A stretch of 64,000 nucleotides of DNA. It comes from Psilocybe cubensis. Taxonomy: Eukaryota. Position 1 is the first letter of the stretch. The number at the start of each line of letters is the position of its first letter. Under the pieces are notes generated by a model that worked only from the letters and a program-made list of their open reading frames with translations, ran no database searches and had not been told where the DNA came from. A program made the position numbers and the translations under genes. The stretch covers positions 1,178,001-1,242,000 of the forward strand of contig CM039002.1 in assembly GCA_017499595.2 (NCBI GenBank), written 5' to 3'. This document shows, one piece after another, positions 37,269 through 48,299 of this stretch.

Positions 37269-39052
37269 CACACGCTCTCTGCATTGCTATAGTACGTCCC
37301 GTCTTTTGACCGACTAAACCTCGCCTGCGCTTACTCTTCCTGTAGTTCAACACTTCTATGTATATTATGTCCCCCCACTTATAATCGGTATCTATCATAA
37401 CAACACTTCCACGGAACCACTTTACAACTGCTCGTTTGAAGTATCAAATTATGAGGTCTGATAAAGTCGTCAGAATCACCCTCCAAGGACCATAGAGAGA
37501 CGTTGCTGGTTCACAAATGTATCTACCGAGCAATATCTGCCGAACGAACTGAATTTGAAGTACGTTTTCGGATTGCGGAAATTCATGCAGATCTTTTGTT
37601 TGTGCAGATTTACGATTCTTTATACCCCTACTAATCAAGACGACCTCGATAACAGCAACAGCCTGTGACCTCGAACCATGCGTACAGGTACAAAGGAACT
37701 TCGTCCACCTGGATTGTCCTCATTCTTCGAACAGTGGTCGTCCTTTCTACCTAGGAAATACCGACCTATATCATGGGCATGGCCAATGCTATAGCTCTCC
37801 AATTACGCGTCTGTTTTGAATAACGTCTAGGCGTCAGGAATTTAATTGAGCGCAACTTAATTTTGGTAATGAGAGCCTGGGGTAAGATACCGTGCGGTGG
37901 AACACACTCAATATGAGACAAGCCTCTTTCCAGTTTCGGCGATGGCATTTAATCTTTGTGAACCATTTGTGCAATAAAACATTGGATATGGGTAGTAAGT
38001 GGATGTCCACCAAACAAGACTTGTTGCGGCTTCCCGTATGCATAGTAATAAGCAAACGACAGTGGATATGAGAGGTACTATCTCCGATATTTGGAGGCTA
38101 CCAATGGATTCCATTCCCCAAAAGAAACGAACGGTCTAACTGTAAAACTGTGTATCAAGTCTGGTCGGTGCGATTGATCGACGCTACCCATGCAGAGAAC
38201 TCTGATGGTATGTTCACCGTTTTTTTTTTGTTCATGAGTTCCGCACTATCGCATTTCACTATTACTCCCTTTAATCTCGTCTCAATGCGAATGTTTGGGT
38301 CATCTGATGACTTCTCTCTTCTATTTTATCTTTACAAACCCAATTTTCTAGATCACTGAGTTGAGTTGTCCGCATTGCGCAAGAAATAACTTACGTGACA
38401 ATGATCCAGACCGGAATATGCACGCAACAGCGTTGATTGTGCGCGATGAAAAAGAAAAAGTCCGAGAATCCACACAGTTTGTTTTCGAAAATATACCGAC
38501 CACATTCTGTTTGCTAGATTCCAGAAAGCATTGAGATGTATACCACGAAGGGCCAAGCAGCATTTTTTATGGAAAACACGCCATTTAAAATACAGAGCAT
38601 ATCATCGCGATGATAAGAGCTAAACCTATGACCAAACTTCAAAAATGCAGACATCTGAACGCGACAAGGACGTGAAGAAGAAGCCAGGATAATAAGAGTT
38701 TTGTTAACTTGATCATGTCGATCAATTCCCAAGCTTCTTGTTCAGGGTCTCTCCTGACCTTGATGCAGGGTCACCATGCGTCGTGCGGGGTTTAACCTGA
38801 CTTACAGGCAAATTCTACCAAAAATATACGAAATAATCGCCGATTATCTTGCTTCGGAAAAAAACATCGACGTTGTTGCTTAAGAAAACCACTAGATACA
38901 TGGTTTTGACTTCGCCTTGGTGGAATAATTGCTTCCAGCTTCGACTTGGAAATCGACTTGAATGCAAGCATATCCGAAGCCCGAGTTCCATAAATTGACC
39001 CAATTCTAAAACTCAGAGGTCCGCATCTTCTAAGAAGTCCTCAATTCTCAAG

Positions 39053-40235
39053 ATGCTCCAATTCATTGCTTCAGCTACCACGCTTCTTACATTTATTCTC
39101 GCCGCTTCTGCGATCCCCCAGAGGAGTCCCCTGACTTCTCTTCCCGTCATCACCGACCCTCCCCCGGGCTTCAACATGTACGTGGCCATTGTAGCCTATC
39201 GAATCATTACCGAGAATATCTCGCTAATATATTATCTTCTTTGTGGATCTTAGCACAAGCCTCGGTGTCAACGGATCAGGCTGCCCTCCGGGCTCAACCT
39301 ATTACCTTTTGAGTCGTACGTATGCAAGCTGGTTCCGAGTCGACGCTATTTGCCTAAAAAATATCCAGAGGACAAGAGTTCAGTCACCGTTACCTTCAGT
39401 AAATACTATGCCGAAGTTGGGCCTGGAATCCCAATCAGCGCCAATCGTAAGAATTGCCAACTTACCTTCGGTGTACAGTGAGTATGTCTCCTCGACCACG
39501 ATCAGCATACACTAATATTTTACTTCGAAAATAAGAGTTCCAGGAGGCTTTTCTTTCGGACTTGCAACGGTTGACTATGTAGGTGAACGATATCAAACAT
39601 ACAACACGGTTTAACGAAAGTTCCTCAGAGGGGATACTACCAATTGGACGACAAAGTAACGGCTTCACAACAGTCTATTTACTACTGTGAGCGTCTATGT
39701 TTTTCGTGCTCTCAGAATGACCATACTTACTATCTATATTTTTAGTCCAAGGACAAATTCAACAAGGTTTTTCATAATATATAACACATCCTTTGCGTAT
39801 TATTTGGCATCTAACTACGAGCTTCTAGCTACCGCCAGATCAGATCTCGTTGGCCCCGTAGATGGTATGAGATTTACAGAAATGTTTACCGTATATGTAC
39901 GCTAACCTTTCGCCAAAGGTGCCGACTACACCTATCGTGATTCATTTGACCTTGTTTCAACCGTCCTCTCCCCTTGCGGAGCCAGCACAGTACTCAACGT
40001 CGTGAGCGATGTAAGGGCCAGCAACACCCGAAACACTAAAGGAAGCGGATACATCGCCACGGATTCGGTCAGTATTTTTTGTCAATCTCACGAGATACTC
40101 TGATAAAACTAACCAAATACCCGTTCACCTAGATCGATACCGCACTCAAGCAGGTATGAGAAGCATTTACAGATATGTCTCTCAAGATGCTGATGATGTT
40201 TCTAGACGTATGGATTCCAATGGCAAAAGTGCTAA
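39053..40235 (+). CDS. Secreted DUF4360-family protein (copy 1)
   Basis: Signal peptide MLQFIASATTLLTFILAASA; motifs NGSGCPPGS, RKNCQLTFGV, YRGYYQLD, C-terminal FQWQKC; many short exons. Confidence 0.85.
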
Positions 40236-41054
40236 TTGCTTAAGCGCCCAACCCTGAACCCTGATAAATCTGTTGGTTCATTTAGTATTTTTTCGTTCTC
40301 GATTACGTTTTTTCCAATGTCTGTGTTCTTGTATTAGATACCTCTTGATACACATGTGCCTCTACCCTAAGAGTCGCATTGAATGTATGATCAGCCTAGC
40401 CATCCTATGTTTGAGAGTTCAAGAGCCCAGTGGTCTAAAAATAGAATTACCGCGGATACTTTTGTTCAACATTGGTTTCCGGACAAGGGACCTTGAAATC
40501 AGGTAGTTAGCATACAGCCTATACCCTACTTCCTTTTCTTAAGTTTTAACTGTATCGTGTTGTTCTTTACAACGGTCTGGTACAACATCTACTCGTCTTT
40601 GAGAGGAGAGACACGTCGTTTTCATTCAAATGATCGATTTTTAATGTTCATTTCAATAGAGGACATTAGACGGTATTGGGGAAGCGGATAAAATCAGACA
40701 AAAGGTGTGTATCATAACGGTTTGTTGTGCTGTAGAAGATCCTTCGGCAAAATCTACGGGCACTCGGTTTCAAAGGTGCTTCTTTTTTGTGCCTCGCGGG
40801 TACCAAGATTTTGTTTCCTTAAAATGTTGACTTAATGGAGCTATCAGGCCTACTAAGCAGAATTTCCGAAGTAACACAGATGAGGTCGAGATCTGGCATA
40901 ATCTGTTGCACCTGCTTGTCAAGTCCAATAATCATACTATTGGTGGCAATAGCATGACTTGCTGTTTGTCCTCTCGGACACGATCATTTTTCGGGTATAA
41001 AAAGATGGTCATTCCTCACGATTTCTTTAGTTCTCTTCTCCTCACCTCTTTACA

Positions 41055-42124
41055 ATGGTCAAAACCACATTCACATCTATAATTGCCTTGGCCTTGGGCG
41101 TTACCTCTGTTTTCTCTGCCCCTGCGTCCTCGGTCGCACCTCCTCCGGATTTTGCCGTGTAAGCTTCTTACCTCTCGCTGAATCAATCTGGTGAACTGTC
41201 TAACTCGGATACAGTACTAGCTTTGGCATTAACGGCTCCGGTTGCCCTCCTGGATCCGCTAGCTATTATATTGACGGTTAGAAAGTGCCTTGAGGAGCAT
41301 CTTCATCGTGATAATCCTTCCTCACAGACAACGCCGCCCTCAACGTCGTCTACAGCAGTTTCTACGCAGAGGCGGGTCCTGGAATCCCCATATCTGAAAA
41401 CAGAAAAAATTGCCAGTTGACGCTGGGGGTTCGGTTAGTTAATTCATTTTGGCGATAAATTCCATTTCTTTTATTTAGTAACCGCCTTCCTACTTTACAG
41501 TGTCCCGCAAGGATTCTCGTTTGCACTTGCATCCACTCAAGTTGTAAGTTTATTTCCCTTTGCGCAACCATATGAACCTTTAATGATGATGTACAGAACG
41601 GCTATTATTATCTCGATCAAGGCGTCACGGCTGCCCAAGATACCCTGTATTACTGTGAGTGTTGTTTTATCTAAAATGCATCCTGTTTTAACGTAATGTT
41701 CAGTCCAAGGATCTCTGAGTCAAGGTAATGGCGGTACACATTTTCAGGTGTAATATAGCTCTAAGAAATTACTCAGGCAATGCAACCCATAGAGTAACCG
41801 GCCCGATCCCAGGTATGGGCAAAGCAAAACTTCATGCCTCTCGCGCCTCTTATTAAAAGATAAAACGTCGTTCCAGGGGCCTATTACAGCTACGATTCTT
41901 ACTTTCCCTACACCACCTTCTCTGCATGCGGCACAAGCACTGTTCTAAACATTGGAACTAGCATCAGAGCCAACAACGCCCAAAATTCCAAAGGTAGCGG
42001 ATATATTGCAGCTGACGACTCCAAGGTCAAGCTAACGCAGGTAATAAAAACCATCTTATTGCTCCGATAACTCATACTAATGATTTGCCACAAGCTATTT
42101 AATATTGTATGGAAAACCTGCTAG
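41055..42124 (+). CDS. Secreted DUF4360-family protein (copy 2)
   Basis: Signal peptide MVKTTFTSIIALALGVTSVFS; NGSGCPPGS, RKNCQLTLGV, GYYYLD, C-terminal IVWKTC. Exon structure parallels copy 1. Confidence 0.85.
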
Positions 42125-42479
42125 TGGATTATTTTCGGGTGTATGTCGGGCTTGAATTGCCTCTAGGAGTCGCCTCTGAGTCTCCTCTGCCTTACAACTA
42201 CACTACTATATACACGCACAATTTATTACTGTTCATGAAAATTGTACTTTTAACAACGGAAGAATGATGATTTTTCACTTTTTTCTGCTATAATTGAAAA
42301 TTTCAGCTAAGAGCACATATTTCCATGATTGAACGACTCGGATTTACAACATGCTGTCACCTATCAAGGTCTCTTTTTGACCTAAAAATAGGAACCGATC
42401 GCCTTTTGATTTGATCACGGCTGACACTTGATCTTATCAAGCCAACTTTCAATTCCAACTTTTCATCAACTCGACCCAA

Positions 42480-43398
42480 ATGACCACATACGACGCTCTA
42501 CAACCGTCGAAACTCGGCACCAAAGAGCAGTACGCGCGTTCATATGGTCACATATGCTTAACCTTAGTATCTCTAATACAGCTGGGACAATGTCTATCAG
42601 CAAGAACTTGAAAATTTCGAAGAAATCGGGGATGAAGGGGAAATCTGGTCAGCTGTTATGCGTTCTTGGTTCCATTTTGTGCCATTGCTTATGGGTGAAG
42701 TTAGGTTTGGGGAGGACAGCGTGGAGAAAATGGTAGACTGGGTTTCCGAACATGTTCCCCCCTCAAATAACGCGTCAATTCTTGAGGTAGGTAGTGGCAA
42801 TGGAACCCTGTTGTTCGGGCTTCTTGAGGCAAGCTACGACCCTGCGACACTATACGGAATCGATTATAGCGCAGGTGCAGTAAAACTGGCTGCTGGAATT
42901 GCGGAATCTAGGGGAGCTTCCAGAATCACCTTCTCTGAATGCGATTTTCTGAACGAGGATCCCATTTTACCAAAGAATGTGGATAGTTCTGCTGAAGGGA
43001 TCCAAGTGTGGGACCTTCTGCTTGACAAGGGAACATACGATGCAATTGCCTTGGGAGAAAAGAACGAACAGGGGTATTCTCCCGCTGTAAAATATCCCAA
43101 TCGTGTCTCCCGTTTGTTGAAACCGGGGGGTTTCTTTTTGATCACATGTTAGTTTTTCCGTGCTACACGACGTTGAATTACTGACAATGTGCAGCGTGCA
43201 ACTTCACCGAAGAGGAATTGAAAGTCAACTTCTCCACTGAGGACACCGGTCTAATCTATCAGTATGCATAAATTTTGAGTCGAATATCCTATTACTCATG
43301 CCGCGTTCTTCCCCAGTTCACGAATACAGCACCCGACATTTACCTTTGGGGGACAGAAAGGAAGTGCTGTATCAAGTGTAGCGTTCCAGAAAATCTGA
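42480..43398 (+). CDS. EFM4: Protein-lysine N-methyltransferase Efm4/See1 (eEF1A KMT)
   Basis: [36 protein letters not shown], SAM motif LEVGSGNG, LDKGTYDAI, C-terminal PTFTFGGQKGS. Confidence 0.9.
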
Positions 43399-43442
43399 TT
43401 ACAGTGACACTAACACGAGGGATCAACATGCAAGACAAAATA

Positions 43443-46400
43443 TCACAATGTGGGTATTAGGTCGACACCAGTCCGCAGAGTTTCCTTTGCAACGCCGATC
43501 GCCCAGTTAAGAAATTTGGGCAAGTCTTGATCAGAGCTGGATTTGTCTCTAAAAGATTCCGAGAGGAAGTATACGAGTCCCATGGCCAAAGCCTGTACTC
43601 GGGATGCCTTGATAAAAATCTCCTCGATCACATTTCGATTACGCGTGAAGGTTATATTCTGGGTATCGGTGGTAAGCAGAGGGGTGGCTCGCTGGCTGTT
43701 GATAAAAACTTGTGTGAAAAGCTCTTTTAGGAACCCGTGCGCTCTGGGCTTGAGCATAGTAAAGTCCACAGGCTAAAATTTACACAACCAGATTTTAATC
43801 AGATGATTGGAGGATGAAAATTGAGATATGTTACCTTAAAAATCATCAAAGTCAGGCAGTCCTTGGCAATCCACCACGCATAAGCTTTGGCCACGTTTTG
43901 CAAGCGAACATCTGATACACTTTTGAGATTGAACCCGTCGTCTTCTTTGATGTTCTTGATCACAGCGGCCCCGCCCACTGTTGTTTCGCCAAGGTCTCGC
44001 AGAAAGTCCCACAAGCTAAATTGTAACGTTATTCTGTAGGCGTGTGATGTTCGACATAACTGCTGGCAGACAAGGGTGTAATACGGATTATAAGATCTTT
44101 CCTGTAATCGCCAGGTAAGTTCATGCAGATACAGTAGATGATCAGACCTGTACATTGCCACAACAGTGCAGGATGACCCGAATGATTTCGCGTTGCTGAA
44201 TCTCTGTAAGGTTAAGTTGAGACAGGCGTTCACATGCATCCACGTAATCCTAATTGACCGGCACCTTTAGCACGAAAGACAATGCTGGGGGACTTGTGCG
44301 GACTCACATCGCTGCTCATTAGAACCACGAAGATGCCCCGACGAATATCAGTATTCATTCCTTGAGATCGAGCGAGTTTGATAAGATCAGCCGATTCACT
44401 GCTCATCTCGATTGCTTCCTGTGCCTGTGCTGCAGTGGATTTTGCGAATTCATCGTGTTTTTCAACTAAAGGGTCCCCTTGCCACGCAGCACCAACCAGC
44501 CACCATTTGCCTTTTGTTTCAGAAGAATGAAGGTCTTCAAGTGACACGCGTAGAGGTTCATGCGCCAGGACTATGATTTACACCGATTGAGAGTCAGGAA
44601 CAATGGACGATAACTTGCCAGAAACATACCGTGCTTCGTTTTGCTGAGACCCGAGAGAAACTTTTTCATCCTTTCAACAGCCGCACTGCCCTGGTTCTGG
44701 GTAGTGTTCCTTTTAAGTTTGTTGTTCTTGAGGTTTGTCAGAGTCTCAACCATGAAACGGGTACGGGAGCTGCTAAGGATTAAGCATAATAGTAAAAGGA
44801 AGATGATAAATTGTCTTTCCTAACGGAGTCGTCTTTCGACGTTATTTTGCCTTGAACAATATCAATAATGTCTTTCAGGGCGGAAGGATCATCCTGCCTG
44901 AGTTGCTGTCCGGAATCTAGAGGATTACTTCAGCCACCATGTCAATGCGATGTCGAAATATGAATACACACTCCGCACAATCTTCAATAGCAATTCAACT
45001 GAAACTTCGGTTAATTCGTCTGCGAGAAGGGCTCGGATAATATCGAAGACAAGCACAGCAGAGACAACCTGAAAGTTGTACAACTCCGAGATCAATACAA
45101 GGAGATTGGAACATTCTTTCCCATTATTTTCGATGTCGGTTGAAACAGAGGAACGTAGTTCTTTATATCGTTGTTCGTAAGAAGACACAGTAGCCTGGAC
45201 GAAATGGGCAGCTGCATACAATCAGTAATACGACCAAGATGATTTGTAATGAGTTTGTACCGAATTCGATCCCTACGACCTTGTACAAGGATGAAACAAA
45301 TGCTGCGTAAATAACGACGTACGAGTCAAGGAGAGAAGAATGAGAAGATATTCCGTTGATAATAAGTGTTGTTGTGGTCGAGGTCACGTCTGATATTCAA
45401 TGGACTTTTTTATTACTTGAGAAAAAGGGTGCTGAATCAAGTCTTACCATTCCTACGGTGTTCCCTATAAACGCCCTCAAAACTATCCACAATCGATGCA
45501 ATGTTTTGTTCAGTCATCCTAAAATGAGTGAGTATATTAAATAGACCAGATACACAAATCCATACCTATTTAGAAGACCTTTAAGCTGCCTCGTCAGTTT
45601 TTGAATCTCCTCTGAGTCAGCTTTTTGTGCGGGTTGGGTGTTACGTAGGTGCGGAGGTATATATGCGCCTTTTCGTAATATTTGTCACTAGAGAACGATG
45701 ATAGAAATAGTTAGCAATGCGGACCTTTTGGGGGTGGAGTCGGTGCAGGTGGAGCGGTGGTTTCTCCTTCTGATTCTGTTACAGATTCTTCGTCGCTATC
45801 ATCGTGGCCGACACCATGCCACTCCTCTTCTTCAAAATCATTTCCTTCGGATTCATTTAAGTATTCCGATTCTGGTGTTTCGTCCTCTTCGTCTTCGCTA
45901 TCGCTTTCGTCTTTCTCGTCAATGGCTTTTGACTGATATTTATTTTAACGACTGGAATGGAATAGGAATGAAATGTTATAGTTACCACTTACCTCAGAGT
46001 GCGATGGCAGGAAAGAATCAGCCCAATCCATTAGATCTAGATGAAAGCATAAGCAACGAAGCATGGATCAAGACGGTTTGGACAGATACCGTCGAGTCCG
46101 TCATCTTCTTCAGCACTTTTGATCTTTCGCTTTGCACCTCTTTTGATACCGAGCTTAGACTCTAAAAACGCGATATATTTGTCTTCCTTATCCTCTGCAA
46201 GTGTTTTTTGGACCAGCACTTTTTTTGGCACTTTTGGAACAGCTGAGGTTTTCGGAAGTTTGGAAGGAAGAGGTTCAACGACAGGTTTTGAATGGGAAGG
46301 ATCGAGTTTCTGAGTTGAAAGAGGCAAGACAGAAGGTGTTTTTTCCACTTTGCGGTTGGAGTGATTTTGAGGGCCGGTCTGGCGGACTTTTTTATGCTGA

Positions 46401-46683
46401 GGTGATTCCGCGTGCTCTTCCTCAGCGGCTCTTTTCCTCAAATTTTTTGCTTGAGCAAAGTATTCTGCTCGTTTTTGCTTTTCAATAGCACGCCCTTTCT
46501 TCCTAGCTTCCTTGCGAGAACTATGGGAGAAGCGCCAATTCTGTGGCTGATCATTTGCTGAATGGCATTGAGGACTTCCAAAAGTTGCATCCTGACATCG
46601 AAAAACTTACCAGTAATTCCTTCTAGTTGCTGCTGTAAGATTTGGGGCAGCTTTGTAGTCGAAGTTTTCTTCCGAATAGGCAT
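43443..46683 (-). CDS. SGD1: Nucleolar MIF4G/MA3 protein Sgd1/NOM1
   Basis: Acidic/basic N-terminus, QLKGLLNRM, ELYNFQVV, RFMVETLTNLKNNK, KGKWWLVGAAW, MNTDIRRGIFVVLMSS, YNPYY, TLQFSLWDF. Confidence 0.92.
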
Positions 46684-46857
46684 AGCGCTTGAGCTAATCC
46701 CAATAATTGAGATTTACTAGTACACGGAGAACGATGGGCGAGAGTGAAGAGGTTACGAGAGATGGAAGGGAAGCTAAAATTAGGGTTCACATTGATTCCG
46801 CTTTTGTGGAACTAGCATCCCGGTGCTTCTGAGGCCTCGGTTGGAAGGGCATTCATC

Positions 46858-46957
46858 GGCCTAATGGTCTAGTAGTATGATACGCGCTTCGGGTTCTACC
46901 CGCATCGTCATGGTGCTTAGATGTGCGTGGTCCCGGGTTCAATTCCCGGTTGGGCCC
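46858..46957 (+). tRNA. tRNA-Pro(CGG) with 28-nt intron (46894-46921)
   Basis: Acceptor GGCCTAA/TTGGGCC, anticodon stem CGCGC/GTGCG around TT-CGG-G, T-arm CCGGGTTCAATTCCCGG, downstream T run. Confidence 0.9.
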
Positions 46958-47032
46958 TCTTTTTCTACATGTTACCAAAAACCCTCCACCCTACGTGTGT
47001 CTATAATAACACAAAGATCAAGCCTTCATGAA

Positions 47033-47103
47033 GCATTGGTGGTGTAGCGGTAACATTGGGTCTTCCCATGGCCTAGCTCCGGGTTCGACTCCCGGCCAAT
47101 GCA
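47033..47103 (+). tRNA. tRNA-Gly(CCC), intact
   Basis: Acceptor GCATTGG/CCAATGC, A box TGGTGTAGCGG, anticodon loop TTCCCAT, T-arm CCGGGTTCGACTCCCGG, TTTTT terminator directly after. Confidence 0.92.
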
Positions 47104-47192
47104 TTTTTGGGCTGCCATTCTGGGCATTCTGGAGCCAGTTTTCCGGGAGCTCACAACTAAAATTCAAAACCGAGTTTACCCAGCCTTCGTAT

Positions 47193-47855
47193 GCATTGAT
47201 GGTGTAAGATTGGGCTCATCAGGAACCAGCACCCCCTTAGGTAAGCAAAAGTTGGCTTACCTCCGAACCTTTTCAGCCCTTCTGCACTCACACTATTCTA
47301 CATTTTTGAACCACAGATATGTAGATTATGCTTTTTTGAACACATCTGTGGTTTTTTTTTCAAAAAAATTTTGATTTCAAGAAGTTATAAAGATTTTAAT
47401 TTTTTTCCCTTTTTTTTACTCTAACACATCAGAAATGGTGTTTTCTCGAGTTTGGGAGATTTTCGAAAATTTGACAATGTTCTTTTGGCCGCTTATATAA
47501 TGATGCACGTGACTACACGTGACAGTAAGTCACGCCTAAGTAATACCTCTCAGACTCATTATAGACTTGCAGAGAATACAATTTGACCTCTGAGGTTTAT
47601 TTCTATTATTGTGGGCATAAAGGCTAGTAGTAAGGAATGTATATGCACATTTATGAAATTTTTTTTCAAAAATTTTTTGTCTGAAAACATTTTCCGTCAA
47701 CATAACTTTTGATTTTTTTTCGAGCTGGATTTTGGCCGCTCTTGGCGCCAAGCCCGTTGATTACGTAAGGGTGCTGGTTCCTGATGAGCCCAATCTTAGC
47801 GGTAACATTGGGTCTTCCCATGGCCTAGCTCCGGGTTCGACTCCCGGTCAATGCA
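47193..47855 (+). pseudogene. tRNA-Gly(CCC) second copy, split by a TIR element
   Basis: 5' piece GCATTGATGGTGTA (47193-47206) and 3' piece (TA)GCGGTAACATTGGGTCTTCCCATGG...CCGGTCAATGCA (47797-47855) rejoin to a full cloverleaf. Confidence 0.92.
47207..47796. mobile_element. 590-bp MITE-like non-autonomous DNA transposon
   Basis: Perfect 28-bp TIRs AGATTGGGCTCATCAGGAACCAGCACCC (47207-47234 / 47769-47796), extending imperfectly to about 42 bp. TA duplicated on both sides; AT-rich non-coding interior. Confidence 0.92.
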
Positions 47856-48299
47856 GACGTTTGTTTTGTTTTTGTGGCAAGAAGTCCTCTTCGAACGATC
47901 CGTAAGGCCTTCCTTCCCTTCCAATATTTTTAAAACATGTATAGAGTTCTTAGCCAACCCAATGTCTTTAAGTTTAAATTACAACGGCAGTAGTACGCTC
48001 CAAAACGAGTGATAAAAGAATGTCATGAAACAAACTAGCAAGAAATAAGTCAGAACAAAAGAGAGCTGAGCAGTACTACGGTAAGTTGCGATAAATCCTA
48101 GGTAAAATTGTATAAATAAGCGTTGGCTAACTTCAAACTTAAGACGGTGAAAAGTCTTTTTCTTGAAGAGACACGGGCAATGATTGTCCGATGATTGGAA
48201 ATGTGGATAGGGAGGGATTCGGTATTTTGGATGATATGTGGGTAGAGGGGGATGTAGATATGACTCCAACGTTGTACTCTGTACTAATCAGTGAAGTAA

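Noticed and set aside
37300-39000. Short ORFs in the 1.7-kb gap after PAM18
   Set aside because: No recognisable motifs, consistent splice pattern or repeat structure found by eye.
47207-47796. Insert read as a giant tRNA intron or permuted/split tRNA
   Set aside because: It is not at the canonical 37/38 position, has TIRs plus a TA duplication, and contains long T runs that would terminate Pol III.
47207-47796. Assignment to Dada (tRNA-targeting) or PIF/Harbinger transposons
   Set aside because: Dada elements lack TIRs and have longer TSDs. A 3-bp TWA duplication does not fit the intact target GTAG seen in copy 1.
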